From the human T2T-CHM13v2.0 reference genome, Homo sapiens: DNA of 64,000 bases. The notes below the pieces were generated by a model. That model saw only the letters and a program-made list of their open reading frames with translations. It was not told where the DNA came from and made no database searches. The stretch lies in the NCBI RefSeq assembly GCF_009914755.1, contig NC_060930.1; one strand, written 5' to 3'. The stretch's first letter is position 1; each line of letters opens with the position of its first letter. A program made the position numbers and the translations under genes. Shown piece after piece: positions 1-23,891 of this stretch.

Positions 1-704
1 AGAAACAAGAGTTGCTTATTTTAAGAAACACCCATCTCAGAGGCTCTGGAGCCATTCTCTCCCAGCCTGCCTCCCTGGATTGTTGGTTCTATTCTTGAAT
101 CTTGTGTCTGCTCTTTCTCCATGGAGCTCGCTGGATCTCCTTCCTCATGCAATTCCCTCCCTTTTCTTCCAGGCTGGCCCTGTGCCTCCTCTTTTGTTAT
201 TGTTCCTTTTCTCTTTATTTGTTTTGTCTTTCTTGCCCCTTTCCTCCTCCCCCTGCCTTTCAACCACTCCTAATGTTGAAGCATTCCTGCTAGAATCTGC
301 TCTTTCATTAGATTTGTTTCCATGTTTATTTTTGTCACTTTTAAAAGCAGGTGAGTTAAATGTTTGTACACTGCCTTCATAGAAAAAGCTTTTACAAAAT
401 TAAACTAAACTAAATGACACACACACAAAAACAACCTTCCCCATTTCTGTCATGTGACTGATTAATTGCACTCAGTATTTGGTCTTGTGATGGAAAGGAC
501 TAGCAAAATGCAATATCCTATCAGGCTCTCTTCTTTGATTTGATCTAATTAATTCAGCCAAGCTCTGGCAGACAGTGCAAAGCCATATGGGCTGTCATGA
601 AGCCCAGCAAATATTCATGTAGCTGGAACCTCTCAGGTACTTGGCTATCGACACAGAGATCTGGCTTGGACCCAGCACTGAGCTGGAGTGTCCTGCATGG
701 GGGC

Positions 705-1082
705 TGCTGTGGACTGAATTGCATTTGTCCAAAATCCATATGTTGAAGCCCTAACCCTCAATGTGACTATATTTGGAGATAGGGTTTTTAGGAGATAATT
801 AAGGTTAAATGATGTCATCAGGGTGGGGCTGTAATTTGGTAGTACTGTGGCCTTATAAAAAGAGGAAGAAAAAGATCTCTCTCTCTCTCCTCTGCCATGT
901 GAGAGCACCACAAGAAGGTAGCCATCTGCAAGCCAGCAAAAAGAGCCCTCAAAAGAGACTGAATCTGCTGGCACCTTGATCTTGGACTTCTCAGCCCCCA
1001 TAATAGTGTGGAAATTAGTTTCTATTGGCTAAGTCATGCAGCCTATGGTATTTTGTTATTGCTGACCAAGCTGACTCATACA
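705..1082 (+). mobile_element. MLT1A-type MaLR solo LTR
   Basis: Starts tgctgtggactgaattg, contains atatgttgaagccctaaccctcaatgtgac, ends ctgactcataca (TG...CA termini). Confidence 0.85.
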
Positions 1083-1261
1083 GGGCATGATGTGAGCACA
1101 AAGTGATGACTAAAACAACATGGAACAATTCCCTACCCAGCCTCCTCCCAGCTTTTGTAGTTGAAGCTCCATCCACCTAAGTGGACTCAGCTTGTTCATC
1201 TGTGAATCAATAGAGTAAACTCTGGCTTCTGGGTGGGGTGGTGGTGGGGATGGGGAGTATA

Positions 1262-2042
1262 GTCACCTGGTGGGTTCATCTTGTCCACTGCACAGACAAA
1301 ACCAATTCACTGAGACACGGGCATTGCTGTAGAGAAAGAGCTTAATTATCGCAAGGCTAAACAAGTTTCTACTTGTTTAGATGGGAGTAATTAGTCAAAC
1401 CACCCTCCCTGAAATCTTGGAGGCTAGAGTTTTACAAGGATAGTTTGGTAGGCAGGGGGCTACGGCATGGTGAGCGCTGATTGGTTGGGGATGCAATCAT
1501 AGGGTGTGAAAAACAGTCCTTGGGCAGAGTCAGCCTCTGGGTGGAAGCCACGGGAATAGCAGTTGACTCATGAGTCATGAGTCCAGGTAGTCAGTCAGTC
1601 ACCAGAATGCAAAAGTCTGAAAAACATCTGAAAAGACCAATCTTAGGTTCTACAAGAGCAATGTTATCTATAGGGTCAATTAGGGAAGTTATGAATCTTG
1701 TGACCACCCCTACACAACTGCTGAACAGTAAACAATGACTAGTTACCATTCAGCTATGCATAGATCTTAACAGAAATTAGGCCTCTATCATAATCCTAAT
1801 CTCATGGCCTTTCATTAGTTTTACAAAGGCAGTTTCAGTCCCTAAACAAGGAGGGAGTCAGTATTAGGGAGGGACTATTATCCTCCTTGCTTCAAAGTTA
1901 AACTATAAACTAAATTCCTCCCATGGTTAACTTGGCCTATGCCCAGGAATGAGCAGAGAGCCAGACTGTGAGGCTAGATGCAAGATGGAGTCAGTTAGGT
2001 TACATTTTTCTCACTGTTATAATTTTTGCGAAGGCAGTTTCA
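1262..2042 (-). mobile_element. ERV1 solo LTR, LTR8/MER50 group
   Basis: Reverse complement starts tgaaactgccttcgcaaaaattataacagtgagaaaa...gactccatcttgc; homologous to 4481-5247. Confidence 0.8.
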
Positions 2043-2494
2043 GGAGGGAACAAAATTTTGCTGAAATAAATGATACCTCTTTCATATTTGTGGTGATTTA
2101 TTTATTTCTAGGATGATTTTCTCTTTACATTTTAACCATAAAATTTTTAGTATGTATCTCTTAACAATACTCTTAAAAATAACCATTATTATAACATCGT
2201 TCAAAACTGAATTCCACAATATCATCAACTATCTAGTATGTGTTCCTACTTCTAATTATTTCATAATGCATTAATGTGTGCATTTTCATTTTTACACATT
2301 GTTTATTTGAATCAGGTTCCAAATAAGGCTCACCAATGCCAATTGGTTATGATGTCTCTAAGTCTCTTATAATCTATAGGATCCTCTTTCATCATTTTAT
2401 TTCATTGAATTTCTGTTGTTGTTGATGAAGAAAACAGGGTGATGTACCATATAGAGTTTCCCAGTTTGGATGTTCTCATTATATCCCCATGGTG

Positions 2495-2835
<341 letters not shown>

Positions 2836-3118
2836 TAACATGTTACTCTTTATTTTTTTTTGTAATTTCTTGTGAAGGATAGGTTGGATCTAGGGGCTTG
2901 ATCACAAAGAGGATGAATTTTTTCAAGAGTGCTTCGTAAGTGGTGATATGTGCTTCCATCAGAAGAATATAACATCAAGTCATTTCTCTTTGTGTGATGT
3001 TGGCAGGCACTGATGATAAATACACAGACCCTTTAATGCATTAAGAGATGCAAAGTGATAATATTGTATCAATTATTTCCATGTATTAGCTGGAGTAATT
3101 CTATAAAGAGAAATTTGT

Positions 3119-3461
3119 CTGTCTTAGCTTGGGCTATTAAAACAAAAATACCACCGATTGGGTGGCTTATCAACAAGAGAAATTTATTTCTTACAGTTCT
3201 GGAGGCTGGAAATTCATAGATCAAGGTGCCAGCGATTCAATGACTGATGAGGGCCCACTTTCTGGCTTATAGATGGCCTTCATCTCAGTGAGTCCTCACA
3301 TGACACAGGTGGGTGAATGAGCTCTCTAGAGCTTCTTTTATAAGGACGCTAATCCCACTCATGACCCCCTTCCAGACCAAATCCCCTACCAAGGGCCATT
3401 TCACTGGGGGTTAGGATTTCAACATAAGAATTTTGGGGGAACACAAATATTTGGTCTATAG
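3119..3461 (-). mobile_element. MLT1A0-type MaLR LTR
   Basis: aatttatttcttacagttctggaggctgg...ggggttaggatttcaacat...ggggggaacacaaa. Confidence 0.85.
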
Positions 3462-3566
3462 AATTCCCCTCAACTACCATTTAGTTACCCAGTGGTACAG
3501 CTCATATAGGACCATCAGATAAATTCTTGATTATTTTCCTTTGTTTATTGGTTTTTACATTAATGA

Positions 3567-4037
<471 letters not shown>

Positions 4038-4480
4038 TTAGCCAAGGGAAGCTTCTTCAGGTTGTTTCCTGGGGTCCTTTTAACATGACTTGGTAATCTT
4101 TGATCTCTTCCTTTCATCTTTGCTCTCTGATCCAGAAAGACATTCAGGCTCTTCCAGTACAGTTCCTGACCCAGACCTGGAATCAGTCATTTCTTCAAGT
4201 AACTTTGTTTCCTTTTAGTGGGAAATGAAATTGCACTATCACAGTTTAGTTGCTGGGGATATTTATTGCTATGAGCTTGATCATTATTTTCTCAGTATTT
4301 CCACAGACAGAACTAGAAAACTGTTCTGTTTTTTTTTTACGTAAAATGTCATGAGAACATATTGATACTTCCAATTCAAATTCAGAAGTGAAGGGTTTAT
4401 TTAAACTTTTCTATCTTAAATATGTCCTTTCTCCCATACCAGTAAAACTGACTGTCAGTGACAGAGAAAAATACAATTAG

Positions 4481-5247
4481 TGAAAACACCTTTGCAAAAC
4501 TATGACACTAAGAGAAATCTGACATGGTTGACTCCATCTTGCTTCTAATCTCCAAATTGCCCTTGGTCATTCCTGGGGGTAGGCCAAGTTAATTTGGGGA
4601 AAAATGTAGTTTATAGTTTAAGTTTGAAAGCAAGGAAGATAATAGTCCCTTCCTAAAACTAACCCCTACCTTGCTCAGGGATTAAAAACTACTTTGTAAG
4701 ACTAATGAAAGGTCACAAGATTAGGATCATGGGAGGGGCCTGAATTCTGCTAAAATATAGGCATAATTTCTATAATCCCTTAGTGCTCAGGGCTCAGGAG
4801 TCATGTGGTCAGAGATCACAAGATTTATGACTTCCCTACTTGCTCCCTATAAATAACATCACTATTGAAGAACCTAAGATTGGTCTTTTGAGATGTATTT
4901 TAGACATGTGCATTCTGGCAACCAACTAACCCCACCTGGACTTGTGACTCATGACTCTGCTGTGGGGTCCCGTGGCCCCCATCTAGAGGCAGACACAGCA
5001 CACGAGGACCATTTTCCACAGCCCTAAGATGGCATCCCCAACCAATCAGCAGCACCCATCCCCTGTCCCACCAAACTATCCTTGACAAATTCTAACCTCC
5101 CAGCCTTCAAGGAGATTGATTTGAGTAATAACTCTGTCTCCCTCGTGGCTGGCCTCAGGTCAGTTAAACTCTTTGCTGCGATGCCACAGTCTCGGTGGAT
5201 TGATTTTGTCTGTGCAGCAGGCAGGAGGAACCCACTGGACAATTACA
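4481..5247 (+). mobile_element. ERV1 solo LTR, LTR8/MER50 group
   Basis: tgaaaacacctttgcaaaac...ggacaattaca; perfect 4-bp TSD ttag (4477-4480, 5248-5251). Confidence 0.85.
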
Positions 5248-5841
5248 TTAGAATAGCACAGCTGTCTTAGAGAAGGAATGCCAGCACTCGCCAATGATAT
5301 GAATACTATAACCATTTTAAATTTCCTCCCATTATATTTGTCCTTAAGATATATCCCACTAGAATGTATAATCAAATTATTGTTTTTAAAGTCTCTTAGA
5401 ATAGTTCTCTGTCATGTGAACTATTCTTCACATCTTCCAGAATGTACAGAGTGTAGATCTGAGAGGTCTGAGGAAGGCCAAGCCAGAACGGAGGTAAAGG
5501 ACCTGTCTAAAGAAGGACCATATTCCTTCCAGGAGAATCAGATGCACTCACATCCAACTTAAAATCCTGCCGCTTCCTTCATTTACACCCTCTAACTCCT
5601 CATTTCCCTATCATCTCACCCCATGTTCAGCTATGCCAATGCTGCCTCTCAGATTTATTAAAAATGTTTCTATACCTTTGATGCAGTAATTTCATTTCTG
5701 ATCATTTATATGTAAATTAGGCAAAGAAGGAAAAAACACTTATGCCACGAAGATTTTAACAATTCATGGACTGAAAGATAGTTCTTAAACTTTAAAATGA
5801 AAAAAATTTTTCCTAAAGAACTTATGTAGAATGTAGATTCT

Positions 5842-6175
<334 letters not shown>

Positions 6176-6181
6176 TAGAAT

Positions 6182-7273
<1,092 letters not shown>

Positions 7274-7319
7274 GAATATAGATTCTATTTGCGGCTTTTA
7301 AGCACATTCCCTTGACCAC

Positions 7320-7921
7320 TGAGAAACAAAAATAAAATTCTGAGCCCCCCAACTTACTGAATGGATCCACTCTTGGCCAAGGATACCCCCAGAGAAATTT
7401 TGGAGGCTAAATTCACAGCCATGATGGCATGGGAAATCGAACGTGCTTCATTATATCCCCTCCGTTGATAACAGTCATGGGTTTTCTTCTCTAACGGCTA
7501 AATAAAAACCAGCTTTTTCAAAAGACTACTAACTTATTTTCCCAGATAAAGAACAAAGATTAGATTAATCATTCCTTCACCTCTCCCTGAGATAGATGAG
7601 ATTAATCGTTCTTTTACTCCTCCCTGAGCCATCTGCTTCTTCTATTCCCTTTTTCTTCAAATGTTCACCTTATGTTATGTAAAATGTAGATTTTCTGGAC
7701 ACTCATCGAAGTTTCACAAGTATGCAATCAGTTGTCTCACTGCCATCCCCCCCACCCTTTTTAAGGAAAGTGAATAAATATTGAACCTCTTAAGAATCTT
7801 TTTGGAAGAAACAGCCACAGACACTTCAATGACTTGTGTTTTTCCAGGGGACACCATCAAGCTGGCTTAATAACCCTCGATGATTTGAAACTTATGCCTC
7901 AATTGCTCATTTTGGTTGTCA
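7320..7921 (+). mobile_element. MER39-like ERV1 solo LTR
   Basis: tgagaaacaaaaataaaattctgagccccccaac...ttggttgtca; perfect TSD ccac. Confidence 0.75.
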
Positions 7922-7925
7922 CCAC

Positions 7926-9820
7926 CAATTATGTTGAGCACTTTTTCATGTGTCTATTGACATTTTTATTTCCTTTTGTGTGAAGTGCCTCATTTATGTA
8001 GGGGTTTTCTCATTTTTTTCTATGGATTCTCAGTTCTTGCCTTATTGATTTGTAGGAATTTTTAACATAGTCAAGATACTAGCCTTTTGTGGTAATACAT
8101 GTTGCAACTATTTTCTTCTACTCTGTGTTTTGCCTTTTTACTCTCTTTATGATGCTGTTTCATAAACGAAATTTTTCATTTTATTATAATGTTATGTTTG
8201 TCAACTTTTTTCCTACATGATTAAGAAATTCTTCCCTGCTCTTGGGTCATTGAAGTCTTTCTATCTTCTATGGGACGTATAATTTTACTTTTCACATTTA
8301 GCTCTCTTAGCCTCCTAGAATTGATTTTTATGTATGATATGAGGTAAGCCTCAACTTTTACCTTTTTCCATATGGATGTCTACTAGTCCCAGAACTATCA
8401 TTCGAAAAGCCCATTTTCCCCCACTGATATACAAAGTGACCCTCATCACAAAAATTTTCTAAATAAGCATATTTATTTCTGGGGTCTCCATTCCATCAGT
8501 CTGTTTATCTCTCCCTGTATCAATGCCATGCTATGTAAATGCCACAGTTTATATCATATACTTTTCTTATACTTTTCTTCAGAAGTATAACAGCAAATGC
8601 TATACTTAATGTTTTTAGTGGGTTTGTTTTTGCATTTTCATTTGTATTTTCATATATTTTAGAAGTAGTGAATCAATTTCAATACATAATCTGCTGTAAC
8701 TTATATCAGGATTGAAAGGAACGTGTAGTTCAATTTAGAGAAAATTGGTATGCTTAAGTAATACTAAATCTTCTAATCCATGAACATGGTATATCTCTTC
8801 ATTTCTTTATTTTCTTAGATGCTCAATAAAGTTTTATTATTTTCTCTATAAAGGTCTCCTACACATTTTTAAAACCATTAATTTCTAGGTATGTTTAAAT
8901 GTTCATGTTAAAAATATCCTTTTTCTTTCATTTTCTCATTGTTTGTAGCTACCACACAAAATGTAAATATTGCTCATTAAATTTGTATTCGGCAAAATTG
9001 CTAAACTCTTTAATTCATTCTAATAACTTCTCTATAAGTCATTTGCATTTTCTATGTAAATTATTATATTATTTACAAAGAGCTACAGTTTTGTTTCTTC
9101 CTTACCAATCTTAATACTTTTTATTTATTTTTCCTGTCCTAATGTTCCAGCTTGAACCTCTGGTACAACAGAAGTGGTGATAGTAGATGTCCTTGTCTCA
9201 TTCTGACCAAAGGGAAAGTTTTTATTTTTCATTGCTAAGTATAACATTTGCTATAGATTTGTTAGATGTCCTGATAAACATAAGAAAGTTTCATTTATTA
9301 TTAGCTTGCTGAAAGTATTTTCTAAATTCTTATAAATTGATGTGGAATTTCATCAAACATGTCGTTTGTTTTAATCTATCAAGAAAATAATGTGGTGTAC
9401 CTTCTGTAAAGATTGAATGTCACTTTGGGAGGCCAAGGCGGGTGGATCACGAGGTCAGGAGTTCAAGACCAGCCTGGCCAACATAGTAAAACCCAGTCTC
9501 TACTAAAAATACAAAAATTAGCGGGGTGTGGTGGCACTCACTTGTAGTCCCAGCTACTCGGGAGGCTGAGGCAGAGAATTGCTTGAACCCGGGAGGCGGA
9601 GGTTGCAATGAGCCGAGATTGCGCCACTGCACTCCATCCTGGGTGACAGAGCAAGACTCCGTCTCAAAGAAAAAAAAAAAAGATTGAATGTGGTGGATTA
9701 CATCCATTGATTTTTCTGATGTTAAACCATCTTGCATTCCTAGAACAAACCTAACTTGGTCATGATGTGTTGCCCTTTATAAAATATATATGGTCTTGAT
9801 TTTTGTAAGGATTTGTATAT
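7926..9820 (-). mobile_element. Old L1M (ORF2 region, antisense), degenerate
   Basis: atgttgagcacttttttcatgtgtctattg, ccatgaacatggtatatctcttcattt, aaaccatcttgcattcctagaacaaacc. Confidence 0.75.
9421..9681 (+). mobile_element. 5'-truncated AluS
   Basis: Begins at cactttgggagg; TSD aaagattgaatgt. Confidence 0.95.
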
Positions 9821-10144
9821 TTCATTCATTCATCCTCTTAACAAATGTTTATTGATCACATACAGTGTGCTAGGCACATTTCCACATCAACAAAACAAAC
9901 CAGAGTCCTTGCCATTGTGGAGATAAAATTCTGTCAACAAGAGACAGAAGGTATAATTAAATACAATTCACAAGTCTTATTCCAGGTATTAGAAAGTGAA
10001 AAGTACTATGGAATTTTTTAAATGGAACAGAAAGGGGGATAGGGAGATCCAGGGATAATTTGGGAAGGTACAGTGGAATAATGTGGTAAGAGAAGGTCTT
10101 ATCGAAAAGTAACAGCTAAGAAAATATTTTAAAGAGATAAGGGC

Positions 10145-10562
<418 letters not shown>

Positions 10563-11161
10563 TCATATGGGGACTTGTAGACCACTGAAGGAATTGTGAA
10601 ATGGGGTACTGCAGGGTTTTGAGCAGAAGTATGGCATGACATGATTTTCACCTTAAAGGGACCGCTCTTAAAGCCTTGTTGAGAATAGATTATAGGAAGG
10701 CAGACATGAAAAGAGCAGGACCAATTACGAAGCTATTACAATAATCCAGGTGCAAGATAATAGTGGTTCAGGTAAGGTAAACAGTGGAAGTGGTGAGTAA
10801 TGGTTAAAATCTGGATATATTTGAAGACTAAGACAACAGAATTTCCTGATGAATTGGATGTGTGGTGTGAGGAGGAAATAAAAGAGGAATTAAAACCAAC
10901 TCTATTTTTGTTTTACATGTGTGGCTAGAAGAATGGTTTGGCAGATGAAATCCAAAGTTCCTTTTGGTATGTGTTGAGTTTGAGGTTTCTGTCATGAAGC
11001 CAGGTAGAGCTATCAACCAGGCAGTTGAATCTGGAAATTGGGAGAAAAGTCCAGACTAGAGGTAGAAATTTGGGAGTTCTTGGCATATAGATGGTATTTT
11101 TAAATTAATGGTAATGATGATATTGCCAAGGAAGTATGTGTACATAGAAATAAGAAGAGGA

Positions 11162-11654
<493 letters not shown>

Positions 11655-11951
11655 TCAAATGCTGTTGATAGGTTAGGTAAGATGGTGATAGAGGTTGACC
11701 TTAGATTTAGCAAGGTTATTCGTGCCCATAAAAAGAACTATTTTGATAGAGTAGTAGGAGAAAAGGCATGAGTGCATGGAGACAGAATGGAAGGAGAGGA
11801 CATAGTCAGAGAATATAGATAAACACTTGAAGAAATATGGAAATGAGTAACTGGAGGAAGAAGTTTGAATGTTGATGGAAATAACTTGGTAAAAGAGTAA
11901 AATACTGACTATGTAGCAAAGAGGGGAGAACTAGTAAAGAAATGTCCTTAA

Positions 11952-12307
<356 letters not shown>

Positions 12308-12759
12308 GGGACTGGGTTTAGATAGGAGCATGGAAAAATCTATTATATTTAACAGGCAGGAAATACATGGGTGTAGATGAGAATACTTGCACGGGAGTAG
12401 GTTCTGTAGTAGAGGACTGTGGAAGTTCTGATTATTTCAAGTTTCTCAGCAAAGTAAGAAACGAGGGCATTAGCTTAAGGTCTAGAGTTTTAGATATTTT
12501 AGAAAAAAGTTGCTCATATTATCATCTTTTTACTTGTAAAATAACTACAGCATCAGAAGTGGAAACTCATTTTCATCCCTGTCATTGGTTATTTATACCT
12601 TATTTTTCTGTTCTTATGTCTTCATTTGTTGTCTACTTTATTTATTTCTTTACTTTATTTCCTGTCTCTAACTTCTGGGGGCAAGGGTATTTTGCTGATT
12701 GTATTCTGATTTGTGATAGATGCTTAGCTCATTCATTTTCGGCCACTCTTCTTGTCTAA

Positions 12760-13936
12760 TATATTTTTAAGATTTAAAATTTTTTATTATGAAATGTGTT
12801 AGCTACCTTCTATAAGCAATTAAATACGTACTAGTTTTCAGTTCAAAATATTATCTAATTTCTAATACAGTTCCTTCTTTGACCTGTGTTTTATGTTGAA
12901 GTATATTTTTTAATTTCTAAAACTATGAGCTTTTCTACTTATTTTTATTATTTATTTTTAGCTTACTTGCATTGCAATTGAGCCAAGCTTTGTAAAATTT
13001 CAGTTCTTCACAGTTTATTAGGACTCACTGTATGACCTTGTTTTTTTTCCTTTGCTATAAATGTTCTGTGTATGCTAGGGAAAAATGGGTTAGTGGGTGC
13101 AGTTTTCTAGCTATGTTTATTAGGTCAAGTTTATTAATCATGCTATTAAAAGATTCTATAGCTTATCTAATTCTTATGAGCCAAATTTATCACTCAGGGG
13201 CGTATGCCAAAACCTTCTGCTGTGGCTGTGGATTTCTCTCTTTTTTTCCCCTTAAATTTCAGTTAATATATGTTTACTGTATGTTTAGATTAGGTAATTA
13301 AGTTATACTGCTTAAATGTATTATCTTTTAATTTGAACTTTTAGTTCATTTACATTTAATGTAATTGGTAACATATTTTGACTTATATAAACCATATTAT
13401 TTTTTGCTTTGTATTTTTTCAACCCATTCTACATTTTTAAAAAATCCTGGCATACCTACTTAATAAAGCCTGATGTTAATCAACAGGCATCCTCCTCTGG
13501 ACAGTAACAAAAACAAAGAAACTTAGAACACTATTAACTCTATTAACTCTGCTTCCAACTTGCATATTGTGGTGAATATATATTAACTCTATCATATTTG
13601 TAACCCCTTAATATATTTCTTTATTGTTTCACATGCTTTTTGTTCCATCTTGCATCTCAGATTTTCCATCTGGAATTACTTTCCATCTGCCTGAAGCTTA
13701 TTCTTTACAATTTCCTTTAGTGAGCATCTGCTTGTGGCAAACTTTCTCAGCTTTACTCGTCTAAAAATGCATTTATGTTGTCCTCATTCTTGATAGATAT
13801 TTTCATCCGGTCTACAATCCTAGGTTGGCTGTTTTTTGTATTTTTTTAATGCACTGACAATATCATTTTACTTCCCACTGGCTTCTCCTGTTACTACTGA
13901 AAAGGCTGCTATAAGTAATGCTGGTCCTTTAAAGGT
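12760..13936 (-). mobile_element. Old L1ME-like fragment (left half; continues at 19710)
   Basis: tttagttcatttacatttaatgtaatt, gtggcaaactttctcagcttt, ends ggtcctttaaaggt. Confidence 0.7.
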
Positions 13937-14452
13937 GAGGGTAGATGGCTCCCAATGAATCCCAGCTCCTGGTATTCCTCCCAGATGGAAAGAGAGCCCC
14001 CTCTGTCCCAGGGATCAGAGATGAGCCTAGCTTTCAGCCAACTCCCTTGAATAACCAAACAAGTGAGCTCAGGTGAAACTAGCAGAGGAATCTTTCAGCC
14101 AACCTACAGAATCATTTTAAAAAATAATAAATCATTGTTGTTTTAAGTCACTAAGGTTTGGGGTGACTAGTTATATGGCAACATATAACCTAAAAAGAAA
14201 TTGCCAACTAGAACTGCAATGTTGTAGTAACAAAATCCTAAAGGTAGGCAAACAAACAACAAAAATCTTAAATGTATGATATTGGCTTTGGAACTGGACA
14301 GTGGGCGAAGGCTGAAAACCTGGCTGGAAAATTGTTAATGAAGCCTGGACGGGCTGCAAACAAACTATGAGTGGAGGCTGGAAAAGCAGGGAGGAACTCC
14401 TTATTGGAAACTGTTAAGTGGGTACTCATTGTTTTGTATAGTGAAACAATTG

Positions 14453-14811
14453 TGTCTTATCCCATTCAGGCTGCTGTAACAAAATATAGTAAACTAGGTG
14501 GCTTATCAACAACAGAAATTTACTTCCCACAGTTCTGGAGGCTGGGGAGTCCAGGATAAAAGCTGACAGATTCAGTGTCTGGTGAGAGCCCACTTTGTGG
14601 TTCATAGACAGCTATCTTCTCACTCAGTCCTCACATGGTGAAGAGGTAAGAGGGTCTGTAGTCTCTTTTTAAGGGCACTAATCCCTTTCCTGAGGGAAGA
14701 ACCCTCTTGACCTAATCACCTCCAAAAGCCCTACCTCCTAATACCATCATTTTGGGGACCGGGATTTCAACATATACATTTGAGGGGAACACAAACATTC
14801 AGATGATAACA
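14453..14811 (-). mobile_element. MLT1A0 LTR nested in the MLT1 internal region
   Basis: Typical MLT1A0 antisense sequence; perfect 5-bp TSD aattg. Confidence 0.9.
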
Positions 14812-15571
14812 AATTGGCAACACTCTTGCCTGCAGTAACTTGGAAGAGGGGAAAATGGACCTCACTTAGATACAGTTGTAGCTGTAGCTAAAATGTCCAG
14901 CAGAATGCTGAAAGTATTATTTGGCCTCCTTTAGCTGCATATGATAAGACACATGGTATACATGATAAGAGAGAGGAACTAGAAAGAACTTTTCAGTCCG
15001 CAAGTAGAATTTAGAGGAAATCTAGAGTGCCCAGGACTTACTGGATTGTGAAATAAAATTGTTTCTCATCCTCAGTCTCTCCAGCCAGTAAAAAATTCTC
15101 TGAGTAAAACATGCTTACGATAAAGAGGAAATCCATGTGTGGCAGTAAATTCCTTTATTAAGATCCCACAAAGAGTTAAGGCAGTACTTAGTAGATCCCA
15201 TTAGCTAGACAAATGGACTTCTATGAATCATAAGGGTAGTGACCCACAATAGCTTGATGTGCCCAGTGTAGACAGAGGTCTGTTTTGGCCTCTTGGGGCC
15301 TCATGGCTTTTGGAACATGGAATAAATTCCATCTAGAGTCATAAGAAACCAAACATATTTTTAAGGAAATTGTGCCTGCTTGGACTCAAAGCAATAAAGA
15401 ATAGCTCAAAAGAAAGGCTGTTTCTGAGCCCCCAATCATCTACAGGCAGAAAAAGGCTGAGAATGTCACTCAGCTGCAAACATGGGCCATTTTCTATCAA
15501 AAAGGAGAAATGTCCGAGGTTAGACCCAAGGGTCCAGAGGGTGTCACCAAGAACTTAAAAGAACAACGCTA

Positions 15572-17008
<1,437 letters not shown>

Positions 17009-17030
17009 TTTGAAAATGCTCTAGGGATCA

Positions 17031-17402
<372 letters not shown>

Positions 17403-17427
17403 GATATATCCCATGCCCTTGGAATAG

Positions 17428-17901
<474 letters not shown>

Positions 17902-18016
17902 TAAATCAAGAGGAGTTACATCTGAGGATCTGCACCCAAAGGAGTCTCCTCTGCATCCAGACCTAATACAGATCACAAGATGATGGACTTTGAGTCTGAT
18001 ACTATTATTTGGGTGA

Positions 18017-18956
<940 letters not shown>

Positions 18957-19133
18957 TATTTGCGGCTCCCAATGAATCACACTTCCTAATATTCATACCG
19001 TAGCGTAGTTCTCTCCCATATTGACTCTGGGCTCGGGCAGGTAACTTACTTTGGGCAATAAGGCATCCACACATACGACGCAAACAGAGGCTATATAAGT
19101 ATCTGCGTTTTGGGGTTTTCCCTCCTGGAATGC

Positions 19134-19432
19134 TTTTTTTTTTTTTTTTTTTGACGGAGTCTCACTCTGTCTCCCAGGCTAAAGTACATTTGTGCGATCT
19201 CAGCTCACTGCAACCTCCACCTACTGGGTTCAAGCAATTCTCCTGCCTCAGCCTCCCAAGTAGATGGGATTACAGGCGCCGCAACCACACCTGGATAATT
19301 TTTGCATTTTTAGTAGAGACGAGGCTTCACTATGTTGGTCAGGCTGGTCTCCAACTTCTGACCTCAGGTGATCCGCCTGCCTCGGCCTCTCAGAATGCTA
19401 GGATTACTGGCGTGAGCCACTGCTCCCAGCCT
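19134..19432 (-). mobile_element. AluS in the MLT1 3' LTR
   Basis: TSD tggaatgct. Confidence 0.95.
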
Positions 19433-19709
19433 GGAATGCTATTTTTGTCATGTGAAGAAACTCAGTCTGTTGTCTTTGATGATGAAACATCTTATGGTAA
19501 GGGAGAGATCAAGCCATCCCAGGCATCCCAGTTAAACCCAGCTCCTGTGTAACCCACTAGGGGATACAGAATACAGCTGTATGAATGAGCCCACACAAGA
19601 CCAGTAGAATTGCCTCACCAAACCAGAGAATTGTGATAAATAATAAATCATCAGTCTTTTAAGCAACTAAGTTTTGAAGTAATTTGTTACATAATAGATA
19701 ACTGTAACA

Positions 19710-21270
<1,561 letters not shown>

Positions 21271-21277
21271 TGAAAGG

Positions 21278-21610
21278 TGTATTACTTTGCTAGGGCTGCC
21301 ATAACAAAATACCACAGACTGGAAATCTTAACAACAGAAAATTTTCTTACAGTTCCGAAGGCTGGAAGTCCCAGATCAAGGTGCTGGCAGGGTTGGGTCC
21401 TCTGAGGCCTCTCTTTTTGGTTTGCAGAGGGTCACCCACCTGCTACCTCCTCACACAGTCATTGCTCTGTGCACTGGTGTCTGTCCTGGTGTCTTTGTGT
21501 GTTCCAATCTCTTCTTAGGACACCGGTCATATTGGATTAGAACACACCCTAACAGCCTCATTTTAACTTAATTACCTCTTTAAAGAGACTATTTTCAAAT
21601 AGGACCTCCG
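21278..21610 (-). mobile_element. MLT1B/C-type LTR
   Basis: tgtattactttgctagggctgccataacaaaataccacagact...cattttaacttaattacctctttaaag. Confidence 0.8.
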
Positions 21611-21876
21611 GGTATCAGAGATTTTGGCACCTAGCTTTCCATTTAGTCTTCTTGGTTCCCATATCCATTTATATTTTAATCTATTAATTTCTTATTATCT
21701 TGTCAGCTTTTCTATGTTTGAGTAATGTATCCTTGCATAGTATCAGTATCATAAACAACATTCTACTGAATTTTATATAGTAAGCAACATGTGAACATTT
21801 TGTTACTTTTGTAAAAGTGTTTTCCCACTATACTTATGTTTTTCTTTCTTTTTTTTTTTTTTTTTTTTTTTTTTAG

Positions 21877-23397
<1,521 letters not shown>

Positions 23398-23782
23398 GTT
23401 CACCCATCTTGGCCTCCGAAAGTAATGGGATTACAGGCGTGAGTCACCACACCTGGCCTACTTCTGTTTTTCTTTAGTTTTTCAACACAGATGGAATGAT
23501 GAAGACTAGCAAGGCTTTGAGCACTGAGTGCAGAGATGGTCACAAAGTGGAAGTTCATTCAAATTTGTTGAATAAATATAAGTTCTTTGTTGTTATATGG
23601 TCAGATATGCTGTTGCTTTCCCTTGTGAATCGTCCTGTTTCTGGCATCCAAAAATTGAGGGTTATTCCTGTCATTTATACATTAAATGGAAGATATGCTG
23701 GAGTAAACAAATCAGTCAATATTTCTAAAATGTATGGTATTACAAATGTAGGTAAAGTTAATACCAACCTTAATTTTACTTA

Positions 23783-23891
23783 TTTTTTGTGGAGATGGAG
23801 TCCAGCTATGTTGCCCAGGCTAGTCTCGAACTCCTGGCCTCCCACCTCCTCCCAAAGTGCTGGGATTACAGGCATGAGCCACTGCACCTGG
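23783..23891 (-). mobile_element. FLAM/Alu monomer fragment
   Basis: gagatggagtccagctatgttgcccaggctagtctcgaactcc...ccactgcacctgg. Confidence 0.85.
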
